Origin: Octopus bimaculoides | Taxonomy: Eukaryota | NCBI RefSeq assembly: GCF_001194135.2 | Contig: NC_068982.1 | Location: forward strand, 145,828,851 to 145,870,314 | Direction of reading: 5' to 3' | Length of the DNA stretch: 41,464 nt | Shown here: positions 1-13,791 of the stretch, piece by piece | Numbering within the stretch: position 1 is the stretch's first letter | Layout of the letters: each line of letters opens with the position of its first letter | Notes under the pieces: model-generated | What the model was told of the DNA's origin: nothing | What the model saw: only the letters and a program-made list of their open reading frames with translations | Databases searched by the model: none | Translations under genes and position numbers: made by a program

Positions 1-51
1 AATTCTGGTGCCTCAAACATTTTAAGTACCACATTTAATCTTTTGATTAAA

Positions 52-92
<41 letters not shown>

Positions 93-150
93 TGCACAGA
101 CACACACACGCACACACACACACGCATATATATATATCTATATATATTTA
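52..150. repeat. (TA)n/(CA)n compound microsatellite
   Basis: Read directly from the sequence. Similar tracts lie at 1119-1203, 21465-21578, 32471-32589, 34494-34800 and 41281-41305. Confidence 0.95.
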
Positions 151-1830
151 TATACGTTTATGTATGTGTGTAATTCGTAAGAGTGTGTGTACGTATATAT
201 ATGTGTTGTCAATACATAAATATCTTAACATGACTAAATTTCAGAAGACTACCAACGGAGTGGACGACAATATTTGACACAAAACAAATGTACATGGTGT
301 AGGGCAATAGGTGTGAAATAAAATTTGTTACTCAATAATGGTAATTTCAAACTGAGGCACTTTAGAAAATAGGTTCTTGAGTAATTATCTCTTCTTCACT
401 CGGGGTAATCACACACGATATCTAACAATTTTAATGACCTGGAAATAAGTGTTGGCTCAAACATCAACTAGAGTACCACCATCAGCTATAATTTTCATAG
501 GGCTTGTACGAGCCATCCAGACAAAAGAGTCAGATAATATTGTACATCTATTTCTTTTGCACGGCCACAGTTTAAGAATTTATTGCTTTGTAGTTTCTCT
601 ATACTAAACAAGACATTAAATAATAGTCCATGTGCTGCAGTATTGCAAAATGAAAACGATAAAGAAATTTTTACAAACCACCCTCATTACTGGTCCAACT
701 CAAAATAATGAGAATCTTTTCCTTTCGACGTCGCCAATAGACTTTGAAAAGCCTAACAAAATAACGTTAACATCAAATTAGAGAAGCGTCAACGGCTGAG
801 GCCTCCGTGCCATACGTTCTTTATACAAATTGCACTGCCACCATATAAACTCATTGCAACACAAATATATGTCTTTTATATAGGTTAAGACGGAGTCAAA
901 TGAAGAAAGCGATCTTATAAACTTCATATGGTGTGGAAAAATTCCTGCAACCAATACCAAGCAAACCTGGATGCGTGTTGGCCAATAAGATCTCCATACA
1001 TGAGTAGGCTCTGGTCACAAAATGACATGGCCTAAACATGTTCTAACCAAGTGATGCTATTAAATTACTCATGACCTGAGCTAATATTGACCGAAACATA
1101 TGCAAGTTTATTTAGATTTATACACACACACACACACACACACATACATGCACACATCACGCACGTACCAGCGCGCACACACCCACGCTCACGCACACAC
1201 ACATGTCAGCGAAAAGGTTATATTTCTAGGTTTCGATAGTACGCGCTATGCTTCTCAAATCATATAAAAAGACACAGTGCTGAGATAAAAGGTAGGTCTA
1301 TGTATACAAGTACATAGGTATACGTAGACAGTTGAACAAAAGATAGACCAGAAAGGACCAAGCAAGTCTATAACGAAGTAAAATGAAATCAAATTTCTAT
1401 ATCAATTATTGACTGTGCTTAACACCTCTTTATTCACGGATAACTAAATAAAAAAGATGCAATATACAAAGAAATGGTAAAATTTTGTCTCAGTATGATT
1501 AAAGCAAATTACACGCGCAGCTGAGTAACATTGGCATTAGAAACCAGGGAATTATGTTATGAATGTTTTGTGTAGCTAATGACCGATGTAAAATTCAGTG
1601 GACAAGCCATTTCCGTATTCCTTGCAACGTGTTTTGTTGTAGTTTGAAGATTAGATTTTCTTTTCATTTGAATATTCTCTCTTTATTAAATGGCTGTATT
1701 TATTGCCACACTACTCATGACAGTGAATCACCTTGGCATTCAAATGCGTCTCTAACCTCTAACCAAAGTACTTACAGGAATAAAATTATATAAGATTTTC
1801 GTAAAAAAATAACATTTATGTATGTATGTG

Positions 1831-1844
1831 TCTATCTATCTATG

Positions 1845-1916
<72 letters not shown>

Positions 1917-1940
1917 GATCGATCTATCTATTTACCTATC
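1831..1940. repeat. (TCTA)n microsatellite
   Basis: Read directly from the sequence. Confidence 0.97.
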
Positions 1941-3256
1941 TCTACGTTTACTGAAATTTTTCATTGACATCAACACTTCGCTGTTATGAATAAGTCGGGT
2001 CTGTTTTTATTCATATCATAAAATAATCACACAAGTGAACACTTATGAATATGATTGTATGCATGTATGTATGTATGTATGNNNNNNNNNNNNNNNNNNN
2101 NNNNNNNNNNNNNNNNNNNNNNNNNNNNNNNNNNNNNNNNNNNNNNNNNNNNNNNNNNNNNNNNNNNNNNNNNNNNNNNNNNNNNNNNNNNNNNNNNNNN
2201 NNNNNNNNNNNNNNNNNNNNNNNNNNNNNNNNNNNNNNNNNNNNNNNNNNNNNNNNNNNNNNNNNNNNNNNNNNNNNNNNNNNNNNNNNNNNNNNNNNNN
2301 NNNNNNNNNNNNNNNNNNNNNNNNNNNNNNNNNNNNNNNNNNNNNNNNNNNNNNNNNNNNNNNNNNNNNNNNNNNNNNNNNNNNNNNNNNNNNNNNNNNN
2401 NNNNNNNNNNNNNNNNNNNNNNNNNNNNNNNNNNNNNNNNNNNNNNNNNNNNNNNNNNNNNNNNNNNNNNNNNNNNNNNNNNNNNATATGCATATATGTA
2501 TAGCTCTACATCAATATGTTACCTCCCACTTAATTATCGACACACATACGCGCACACTCACACGTAGTAAACTTATTGTTAAAGCAGACGGAGGTCATCT
2601 TTCATGTACCTTTTGGTTGTATTGGTGGTTTTGAGGATTGTAATTTAATTGTCAGTTCAATTTTAGAACTGCAGCTGTACAGAGCCAATACTCGTAATAT
2701 AAAGATCTATAAATGAGAGAAGTACAAAAAAACTAAGTTAATAGCTTCAAGTGTATTTGTCTTGTGCTAGTGTTATGATGGTCAATTTTCATTTTCTATA
2801 AGCATTAATGTTTTAGCTTCAAATAGTGATTTTGCTTTTTTAGAATACCCATTCAATTTAGAAATTGCTTAATGAAATATAATGATGTCTAGAGCATAGC
2901 TTTGAAAAAAAGTAACGTATGCTGAGTTAAATATATACATATATTATGTATCATGTATATCTTCTCATGCTTCAGTGAAGGAACTGCATTTATTGTTTTG
3001 CACATCTTTATTTAAAGGCACATATTCACACACAGGCGTATGCAAGCATATATATACCTACATGCATATGTATACAGTTAAAATTTACAGAAAAACAAGA
3101 CGAAGACGGGTATATGAACAACAAACAGCTTTATTAGTTTGACTTCAGGCGAGTGAGAAAGTCATTTATGTATATATATATTATACGATGTAGAACTCAA
3201 TATGTTCGTTTAAAAAGTCTTGAGACGAAAGTCTATTCAAGTGTCGCCCAAGGCTA

Positions 3257-3294
<38 letters not shown>

Positions 3295-3498
3295 NNNNNN
3301 NNNNNNNNNNNNNNNNNNNNNNNNNNNNNNNNNNNNNNNNNNNNNNNNNNNNNNNNNNNNNNNNNNNNNNNNNNNNNNNNNNNNNNNNNNNNNNNNNNNN
3401 NNNNNNNNNNNNNNNNNNNNNNNNNNNNNNNNNNNNNNNNNNNNNNNNNNNNNNNNNNNNNNNNNNNNNNNNNNNNNNNNNNNNNNNNNNNNNNNNNN

Positions 3499-3537
<39 letters not shown>

Positions 3538-3984
3538 TGTGTGTGTTGGTAGAGTAGAGAGCGTAGTATGAAATGAACAAGAAATTACGCAGGGATCTTC
3601 TTTAGCCTACAGCTGCATCTGCTATAAAATGTAGTACGGCCAGAGCTTAGTGTTTGTGCAACCCCTAATATTTTGCACAGGGATTCTGCAATAAGCTTGA
3701 ATTTTATTTTAGAAGCTCCGAAGTAGCTATAGGGCGATGTGAAATCTTTCAGCTCTGAGTGCACAGCAGCCTGTAGCAGAAACAGGTGTAAGTTCCATGA
3801 CATAATTTCTTGTTCCTTTGTCATTTATATAATTTCATATTGCACTGTGTACCCAGTTAGCACTTTATTCTGAAACATGTATATACTGAGTTCTAATACC
3901 AGGTTACCAATATCGCTATGCGCAAGTGAAATATTAAAATATACGTAAGTTAATATGTATATATTTATGTTTGCTATCATTAAA

Positions 3985-4089
3985 GCTGCAAGACCATAAA
4001 AAGAACACCAGTAAAAAGTTGCTACTCAGAATTTCACGTGAAACTCTGAGTAGCAATGTTTAGTGATAATTATCTGATGGTCTTGCAGC
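3985..4089. repeat. Interrupted palindrome (fold-back) of ~105 bp
   Basis: Outer arms gctgcaagaccat (3985-3997) and atggtcttgcagc (4077-4089) are perfect. The inner palindrome ttgctactcagaatttcac|gtgaaactctgagtagcaa (4019-4056) has one mismatch. Confidence 0.9.
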
Positions 4090-7000
4090 GTAATTATAAT
4101 AAGGCATATTACTCTACCTCCGGTAATTGAGTACTATTTTCCCACCTTGTTTCACATTTATATGCTTACTTTGGTATATTCATGTTTCTATATATTTGTG
4201 TGTGTGTATATTTTACATACGCACACATATATATATATACAAGTATAGGTATGTATGTGGGTCTGTGGATGTGTATTTATGTATATGTATTGTGTATATG
4301 TGCAAATCAATCTAACAAAGAATCACTATTTATTGGTAAGCCTATACTTTTTCACTGTTACCTGTTAATGTATCAGTTTTATGGCAATCTTGCCAGCTAT
4401 TTTGCATAGAGGTTGAGTGTACATTTAAACATGTATCGTGAATGTATTTTATCTATAAAAAAACAGAGAATGTATTGGTAATATTTGCGATTTTTTATTA
4501 CCGCGAAAAATCAAATCGATCTGGTGTGTAAAGCAACTTATTCTGCAACATTTGTTTCTGTATGATATTTATATTGATTCTTTATGTGTGAAATAGAAAA
4601 AAAGTTTAGTTCAATAAAAGTTCAAAGTACAAATCATCATAGATAAGTGTTAGAGAGCAACACATTGCCAATTTTAAGATCTTATGAAACCAGTTTAGTG
4701 GGTAGAACAGGTCAGACATATTATTAAATATCGTGCAACCCAGGAAGCTCAATGTAGTCATTTGCCTCTGTAGAAAAGCAGATAAATTTCTTCCATTCAA
4801 CACCCGTACAAGCTTAAAAAATTTGAAACACCTTGGGCATAAAATGCTGGCTCATTGCGGCTGGAATGCTATTATCAAAGAATGCAAGAATAATTTAATC
4901 ATACGCAGCTCCAGTTGCGCAAGCGTATGAATAATCCAAAAGTAGTAGTTAAATAACTTAACGAATTTTCAGTTTGATGTACAGTATTTACTTAGATACA
5001 AAATGTCTCATATATTATAGCAACAGCGTATTTTGGTTCTGTATTTTGGAACAACTCAATACTAAAATCAAGCCTGGTTTAGCCTTGATTTTCACCTTTT
5101 TGTATGAATAAAATCAGAAGTTACATGCTTGATGGATTTAATCTTCTATACATCTTCCCTGAAATGTTTCGCCTTGTAGCAAAGTAATAAATCAATATTA
5201 ATTTAATTTTCTGTTGAGATAATATAAAAACCTGATACATATTGAATTTTCCTATGTGTCCCTAAACAATAATACTTTCTATCTTTAAGGGACAATTAAT
5301 TGCTTTCCTTATGCAATATTGACAATATTTCATTGGAATGGAATGTTTAGAGCTGTAACACCACCAGAGGATAGTAAAACCTTACTATAGAATTCCAGTG
5401 TACTCAGTGAATTCTGTCAACCAGAAGATTACAGCTCATGCAAGGATCTTTGTTACAATCGTTTGTGATGTAAAGATAATTCCTCCTCGTATTAATATGC
5501 CATATCATAATTGTTAGAAGATACAGAAGGTCCAAGACGAGTCTAAACTAAATAAATGGATAAGAATTGTCCGAAACTTCGTAGCATCTTTCTGGGGTCT
5601 TATAGCGGCCAGCAACAATACAACCGATAACGTCACTCTAATTGTACTGAAACATTTGAAATCAGATTTGGTAAAATCTAAAGTTCACTTTGGAAGAACG
5701 ACGCTTTTAGGAAATTGTTACTATTACATTCTAATTGCAATCGCTTTTAATATTTCTTTTCCAATGAGATGAAAACAGTAGTGCATCATGTACATTTTTA
5801 ATGCTGTTGTCTTTCAGTTTTTAATGACGTATTCAATCTAATTAGAGGCATTGACACTAAGACGGTCTCTACTGAGTCAATCAACTTACAAGTCATAGTA
5901 ACCATCGCCCAAATGATAACACACCATATTGAGCAATGGTGTAGCCACAGCTTAAATGAATTTGACAACAGAATTGCTTAGAATAAATTGAACTGCGCCT
6001 AAACAATAATAATTAAACAACGAAAAATGCAAGAAAAATGTTGGATTAAAAACCAGTAAAAGAAAAATGTTCGATCAAAAATAATTATTTCAGTGTGCAC
6101 TAAAAGGGCTCTCTTCCTCTCTGTCATTCTGTCTCTCACTGCCCGGACATATTCTTTAAACTCTGTTTCACTTGTAGATGATAACAAATGGTCTTCCATT
6201 GTACTTACAGAAAAGTAAATATTCATAGAGCGCAGTTGTGTTATATCACTTCTCCTAAAATTTATGTACACTGTTGTAATCGAAACAAAATCTAGCCATC
6301 ACATGCATTACTAAGATAGGAGACATGACACTGATGTATAAAAGCTGTACAACAAAACAGCTACGCTTATCAGTGCAGTACATTCAAGTGAAGCCGTCAA
6401 AATTATAATAAATTCATGTAATCTGTTACATCAATCTAGTTTACGATATTGCGAAATATACATCATAACATCTGACTACTATTTAAGAATGAGAAAATAA
6501 TTTGATATTTAGTGATGTTCAGCGACTCATACATATCGTGTAAAGTTGCTGTATGACTGGGACTGTGCTTGTGTACCTATGTGGAATGATTATATTACTA
6601 CATATATACAACAAACCTAAATTATTTGAGAAAAGTAAATACGGACTGGCTGCTTGGAACGGCCCATGCGGTAACAAACTACTCATATTAACCATCTAAC
6701 ATTATTTTCTGTTCACAACGTTTAATTCGTTACTTTCAGAACATTTTCTTCTTTCAACTATTGTATTGTCACTTCTTGTGCCTGATATACCCTGCATACC
6801 TTGCGCCCGTAGTTTTGCAATTCTTGCATATCTCTCCTAACCCTACTTGCAGCTCTTTGCACACACAAATTTCAGTCAAGAGGTTTCTTTTATTTTTGTT
6901 TATTTTGGTTCCGAAATATTCGCGATTTATAGAAGTTCAAGCAGAAAACCTACGGAAACTTCACTAACATTGGAAAGTTCATAAATAGCAGATCATTCTC

Positions 7001-9603
7001 TGTGATAACACCAGCTGCGTGTATGTGACATACCTTCGAAGGATCACAAGGGTTATGTGATAAGATTTTACCGTTTAGAATCGGATCTGAAGGAAACATT
7101 ATCTGCAGGAAAAAATCTTAAAATAATGTGAGAATATATCATACTATCATACACCACCGAACATATAAAGTTAAAAATTATGCTTCGATGTTGAGATGAT
7201 GATTTAGTTAACATCAGACTGTTTTATAACATATAGCAACGCATATATGAAAGCATTATGCATCAAGTTTCATTAGCTACAATAAAAGTATATTAAAAAG
7301 CCGTTGCACATAGCAAGATTAAGCTGTTAGATATAATTATATAATCAGTAATTATATACATGACATATATTGTATCGCTGAGTCATCGAAGGAATATGCG
7401 TTTGGTTTGAATTCGTGGCGGAAGGTATGTAGAAAGATATCTACAATCCTTATTAATGAAAGGCTTGGAACAGTTTCTACTCATCTAAATGTGCCCGATA
7501 TTCAGTGCAGGTAAAAAAACGAAAAACGAAAAGAAGCATAGTAGAAGTACTTTGGGAGATGGAATATTTACACATCAGTAGAAAGCTATTCATATCAAAT
7601 GTTAGATTACTCATACATACATAAATTCACGCATACATTCATGCACGCACGCACGAACGCACACACACAAGCGCGCGCGCATTGTTTTTCAACAATTTTA
7701 TTATTAGCAGTGACTTCGGATTTTGGCCAATTATATATACGTCACACTTATATATACGTCACTTTGGTCCCTCAGAGGTCAACATATAGAATTTGTTAAA
7801 AGCTCAGAGCTATAACTTCTTTTGTGTAAAGATGATATACGGTGTTTGTGGCATTAATGCAAACAAAATGTCCTTGTGTCATAATACTTTGAATGTTTTA
7901 GAAACCATAATGTTTGATTTTCAAAATATTTACATAAGTTTTATTAATGAACATCATCTAGGTGTTGCTGCCCTGAACAATAGTTGTCCTTATACTCTTC
8001 ACAACACTAAAGTTGTAAAAATGAAATACATTGTTTTTAATCGTTATAAAAATATTTCAACATTGCAAAACAATCAGTGTAGTTTTAGTTTTATATACAT
8101 TTTCCCATACATTCGGAAATAGTGAATCACGGATTTTCTCAGGATATTTTCAACCAGATACTTCAATTCACATAAAATTTTGTCGTAAGGGTGATGCCGG
8201 CAGGCTTGATAAAAAACTTTTCCTGTAAGATTATAAGCACCACAGAGATAATTCGCGCCCGTAGGCAATACCCTTCATAGATTATTTTATAATTTTGTCT
8301 GTTGGATAATTTCTTGTAATACATGGTTTGCAAATTTTAAATCGAACCCTTTCTAATTTAAGCTTCTAACGTAAACATGAAAGCTAAGATTATAGTTAAA
8401 ACTATTATTGCATTCTATCATTGAAGATACAAAATAAATTAATATTAAAAAAAAAATATTGCACGAATATTGTTAGAATTTAATATTGATGGCTATATTA
8501 TAATGTATAACAAATATATATATATAATTCATATATGTGTGTGTATACTATTTAATATGCCCAACTTACAAACGTGCTGCTAATAGTTTCATGTTTTAGG
8601 GGTATAATAATTTGGCTGGTTTATATAACAAGCAATCTTTGAGACTCAGTTTGCATCGTTTGATGTATTTAAAAAACCTACCTCCTGTTTTTTAAAACAG
8701 GAGGTAACACGTATAGAAAAATGTGAAGAACGTTAATACAAAAAGTGGAATGATTAGAAAGAAAAGAAAAGCAAAGAAAAGATAAAAAGTTCCTCACATT
8801 CTCTTTCTAAGCAAAAGCAAAAACTGCACATGAATTAAGGAAGTCATAACTCTGCGAAATTGAAAATATAAAAAAAAAATTAAAGACTTTTTGCTTACAT
8901 GGAGGTCTAAGTATTGACCACTCCCTCTAAACCCTTAAATGTTGACCATTCTACCTGATATTTAACATGCATAAGTTTCTGGTGATTTGACACCAAATGA
9001 AATGTTGGATAATCCTAATTTCAAAACTTTATAAAATGAGTCAACAGAATGCAGAAATGAGTGATCAACCAAAGAATGTATCCAATGTATTATCTTATTA
9101 TATAAGATCGCATATTATATTGACAATAAATTGATATGAATATGAGTAATATTAGTTAAGGTTATAAATTTACAATGCTCAAAACTTCGCTTTTTTCGTA
9201 TATCATTGTGTATTTACAAATTAATATGAATGCTAACTTTTAGAAATATAAAAACAAGTAAAGTAAATTAAGTGAAATTAAAATAAATTTAATGAAATTA
9301 AAGTAAATTAAATTGAATATTTAGAACTGTTTAAGTGTGAATTATTTACATGTAAAATATATGTTGCATAAAAACTAGTGAGATTAGCATCATCAAAGAA
9401 GACTGTTACCAAAATGTGTCAATGTTTCACTAATAAGAATATAGTTTTAATATCAACTAATTTTACATTACTACAAACATTATAATTTTACCTCTTTCAA
9501 CTTCCATGTTGCTTGTACACACAAAGAAAATAAAGTTTACTAACTTTACATATAGGTAACAAACAAACTTCTCGTCTTTATATATTTGTATATGTGATCA
9601 ATG

Positions 9604-9690
9604 GTTTCAAATTTTGGTACAAAGCCAGTTATATTTGGGGAGTGAGAAAACAGATTACATCGACCCCAGTGCTTGGGAGTTATTGATTTC
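9604..9690 (-). mobile_element. 3' fragment of the second SINE family
   Basis: tttcaaattttggtacaaagccag...gattacatcgaccccagtgct matches the 10728 and 27410 copies. Confidence 0.65.
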
Positions 9691-9713
9691 GAAACTATGG
9701 TATTATTTACACT

Positions 9714-9717
<4 letters not shown>

Positions 9718-9762
<45 letters not shown>
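9718..9762. repeat. (AAT)15 microsatellite
   Basis: Read directly from the sequence. Confidence 0.98.
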
Positions 9763-9887
9763 TGAGAAAGGAGAGGTGCATAAGTACTTGGGAATACTGG
9801 AAAAATTCGAGATAAAAGAGGAAGGAATGAAACAAATTACCAATAGGGAGTATACAAGGAGTGTAAGAAAATTATTGCAGTCAAACC
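9763..9887 (+). mobile_element. R4/Dong-clade RT fragment
   Basis: EVHKYLGILEKFEIKEEGMKQITNREYTRSVRKLLQSNL resembles YKYLGILE...EY.RRVRKILKSKL. It directly abuts (AAT)15. Confidence 0.8.
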
Positions 9888-10727
9888 TTTCTTTCTTTCT
9901 TTCTTTCTTTCTGTTTCAGAGACTATTATGAGTTACAGCCTACAAATAAGCTGAATATATATATACAGTAACACTTTGTCATTGAACAAGTTTTTGAAAA
10001 TCTTTACACATGCAAATATATCAATACTACTGCTCTTTCGCTCGCTCGATAATAACAACTGTTGCTCTCATTTTCGGTCTTTCTCTGTCCGCTGTTCGCT
10101 TTCCAAATACAGACACTGTCACGACCACGCGACAAGTTATGGTAATGAGAAATTTATTTGTAACCATAAAATTTTTCGCTAAAACCGTAAAACAAAATGT
10201 TAAGTAATAAAGAAAATATTTAATCATCGCATTTTCTCTTCACTATCATCAAATCAGTTTAAAGCTTTGCACATTCTATATACCGACACTATGTTATCTG
10301 CCTTTTCGGGCACTTGGTGCTTAAAACACTTACTCTGACAATCTTACCCTCTATCATTATGATTCCTTTTCGCTTATCTCCCTATCATTGATTCTTTTTC
10401 GCTAATACTTCATCTCAACTCCACTCCCATTCCACTCCCACTCCACTCTCTTGAGCTTGAATCACTTGAACTTAGTGACAGCTACTGAAGAAACTAACTG
10501 GTTATATTGCTAAACAATCAAAGCTGTTAATCACATTTATTTCTAATGCTTAATACGCTGAAATTTATAAGGGAACTAGATTTTGAAATATTGGATGAAA
10601 TATATAATTATGCGCGTGCGAACGCCAACATACACACATACTTTCACTCACTCACACACACATAAACATGCACATATATACATATAGTTATATATTATAT
10701 GTAATGCTATGTATATTGTATAAATAT

Positions 10728-10855
10728 TCTTTTCTACTCTAGGCACAATGCCCGAAATTTTTGAGGAGGGGGGGCAGTTGATTAGATCGACCCCAGTACG
10801 AAACTGGTACGTAATTTATCGACCCCGAAAGTATAAAAGGCATGAAATGTATATT
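10728..10855 (-). mobile_element. 3' fragment of a second SINE family (Octopus-type, recalled)
   Basis: ggcacaatgcccgaaattttt...gattagatcgaccccagtacgaaactggtacgtaatttatcgaccccgaaag is shared with 9604-9690 and 27410-27530. Confidence 0.75.
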
Positions 10856-11064
10856 GCATTCATACATACATACATGTATACATANNNNNNNNNNNNNNNN
10901 NNNNNNNNNNNNNNNNNNNNNNNNNNNNNNNNNNNNNNNNNNNNNNNNNNNNNNNNNNNNNNNNNNNNNNNNNNNNNNNNNNNNNNNNNNNNNNNNNNNN
11001 NATATATGCATGTATACACGAACATTATTTTATTACATGCTTTTAGATCAAGTGACATATAACT

Positions 11065-12200
11065 TAAGTATGTCCCAGAAAGATTAACCCATGTTTAAAG
11101 CTCGTCCTACAGAATATCAGATCAAGTAATATTTCGTCTATAACAGGTTTGGCGGCGAAGCAAAACGTGACCAGATTGCCGCTTTGAAAACAGCTATAGA
11201 AAGCATCAAGAACATAACAAAAACAGTTGATTGTGTTCTGTAAAGCAGTGTTCATTACATGGAAACAATATATAGAGTCTGCTACTAATTCTATCTAGCC
11301 AATCACTCGAAGGAAACGATCAATTTGTACCAAACAAACTGTTGCAGCTGTGAAGAGAAGCGAATGAGCCGATATCACCACAGGAGTGCAAGAAAAACTG
11401 CAAAAGCGCTTGATATTTTGAAATCGTAAATGTACAGGATTTATGAAGAGGATTTAAAGGTAACTACATACAAGAAATAATCCCGGCAGTTACCTTCAGC
11501 TGCTTCCAAGAAGAAACGGCTCGAAAGGAGTAAAACCGTGTTAGTTGAGATGAAGCGCACCGATAACAAACCGTTGACGATAAGGCACAATGACAGGCTT
11601 TATGCACGTAATTCAATAAACTTACCTGAAGGTAGTAGGAGCAATTTACTCAGCCAGAAACCAACTTCACTCATGGTATGGGCTGCCGTTGCATCCGATG
11701 AGTCCTAGTCTCATCTGATCTTAATCAATACTGGCATCAACGTCAACAAGTGTTATCCTTGATCACAGTAACTTTTGATGACTGTTACATCTTCTCTCAA
11801 GACGGGGCTCCGGCACACACATCTAATTTGATACAGAGGTGGTACAAAGAGCATTACAGCATCTTTTGGGACAAGATGATGTGGTCTCCCTCAAGTCTGG
11901 ACATCAATCCCATGGACTTTGCTATCTGGTCCATCTTAGAGAATAATGCTTCTGCTCATTCCTATTCAAAAATGTCAGATCTGGAGAAAGCCCTTCTGCC
12001 TTCATGGGTCAGATTGGATGAGGAGGTATACGCTCAGGCAACTCAGTGAGTACTCGTTTGCAGGATAGGATCATGACAAAAGGTGGTCATTATGAAATGT
12101 AATTTCTGCAATGGATACCTTACAAGGTGTGTGCCAAATTTCATTATGCTACGTTAAGTTTATTTTGAATAATTAAGAAATAAGTTTTGGGGACGCCTTA
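11065..12200 (+). mobile_element. Near full-length decayed Tc1/mariner transposon, maT (DD37D) family
   Basis: Frameshifted translation gives AKRDQIAALKTA, RKRSICT, RSARKTAKAL, EEDLKVTTYKK, KKRLERSK, HNDRLYA, QKPTSLMVWAAV and FSQDGAPAHTS...WSPSSLDINPMDFAIWSILE. There are exactly 37 residues between the last two catalytic D positions, and the first D (FSDEK) is deleted. Ends are only weakly TIR-like (taagtatgtcccagaa / ttttggggacgcctta). Confidence 0.9.
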
Positions 12201-13626
12201 TTCAAAATTGTTTCTTAAAATGTTTAACTGTAAACCGAATTGTTTTGCTGAATATTCATTTGATCGATATTGTTAGTCTTTCTATCATATTCCCCTTATC
12301 GGCTATAGACAGACAAACCAAATGAGCAATAGGTAATGCACAATATATTGAGTGATTACATATAGTATCGTGAGGTCCATTTAGAAAATAAACAATTGTG
12401 CTATTATTCATCATTATGAGGTTTGTTTATCTGAGATTGTTAGTTTTGAGAAATGATGAAAATTTCAAAGATTGCAAATAGCATGCGCATAATTCTCATA
12501 ATATCTCTAAAGGTGTGGCGGCGAAAAACCTGTTGAGATTCTCGTGCTTGCAGAACAAATATCCTTTTAAAAATTAATTTGTTGTATTTTTGACAACAAA
12601 ATTTACCCATCTTAATCTTTTTTACATTTGTTTTAGGGTTTACCATATTCAAACATTTATACTATTTATATTTTATCATTTTCTGTACAAAAATATGTTA
12701 TTTGTATTCTGAATAGGAAGCAGAAGAAAACAATTAATTCATTATTTGTAAGGCGTATATCTCAAAATATCTGTCATAAATATAAAGATTTTGTCAAGAA
12801 TAGCGTAAAATTTTGAGTTATATTTGAGAAATGTGGCTGAGAAAATTAAATGCTTGACTCCAGAATCTAGTCATACATTGTAAACTCTTAATTACAGGAA
12901 AGGCTTATATCGCAAAACTACTTTTCATTTGCAGGTCAAACTTCAGAAATAGTTTTAAGTTGTATATATTACATTCACTTAATCTATTTGTAATTCCAAA
13001 TTACTAAATAAGCGGTTTCTTCTTAAATTAGGATATTTATGAATTGACAATCGGAAGTTAGCATTTCTGAATATATTCTTGAACGCATTTAGTGCCTTAC
13101 TTCTAGCTGATATCCCATCGAAAAGTCTATGAGTTTCATACTAACTCCCAGGAATGTACTGATGACAATTCAGTTCATTGTACCAATCTCTCTTCTATAT
13201 ATTTACAGCATATCATCTATTGAAAAATTGAAGAAATAGATGACTAAACTGTCAGAAAATTCTATGAAGGTTATGTTTTTCAGAAATACTAGGGAATTAA
13301 ACGCCCTAAATTCTATTTATACAGGCATATGATAAACCCCATCATAGATAACCCTCGTAGCTGTGGAGTAGTTACCGAACAAGTAATAAATGTCGGATTC
13401 TTTAATTCACCAACTTTTTTATACAGCTGAAATGAAGTTGCAACTGCATATCGCAGAAAATAGCTTGCATTTATTTATGCCATCTTGTCGAGAGTAGACT
13501 TACTTAATTCTTACGTGCACTTCATTTAGATTTTCCTTGAACGCAAACGGAATTGTCAAGAATTGTTTTCTTTTTTATGAGTTTGTAAGAGAATCCAAAG
13601 AGGAGTCATATGCAGCCAACATTTTA

Positions 13627-13694
13627 ATTATTAACAATATAGAATTATTAACAATATAGAATTATTAACAATATAGAATTATTAACAATATAGA
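13627..13694. repeat. Minisatellite, 17-bp unit attattaacaatataga x4
   Basis: Four exact tandem copies read directly from the sequence. Confidence 0.95.
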
Positions 13695-13791
13695 AATGTA
13701 TAAGAAGTGTATGAATCCATAAAAGGTATAGTAATATCGTGTTTCAAATCAGAGCCAGGTGATAAATTAAGAATTTAAGCCCATACTGTCC

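Noticed and set aside
690-1010. ORF 778-960 and nearby splice-like sites; also 3585-3824 and 4606-4930
   Set aside because: No recognisable domain in any frame, and the lengths are compatible with chance.
3040-3250. Possible Penelope-type terminal repeat with a hammerhead-like remnant (gtc-ttga-gac-GAAA-GTC at ~3216-3233)
   Set aside because: The CUGANGA core is degraded (tttaaaa) and stem III is missing. The family resemblance rests on recall only, so it was not called.
5818-6480. Faint resemblance of candidate exon peptides to adhesion-GPCR GAIN-domain helices
   Set aside because: No diagnostic motif (no GPS or 7TM exons found), phases are inconsistent, and the similarity is within chance.
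13020-13620. Minus-strand peptides vaguely like RTE reverse transcriptase (FSDSLVIYFFNFSIDDML)
   Set aside because: Only one weak motif and no YADD-like residues. It needs an HMM search.
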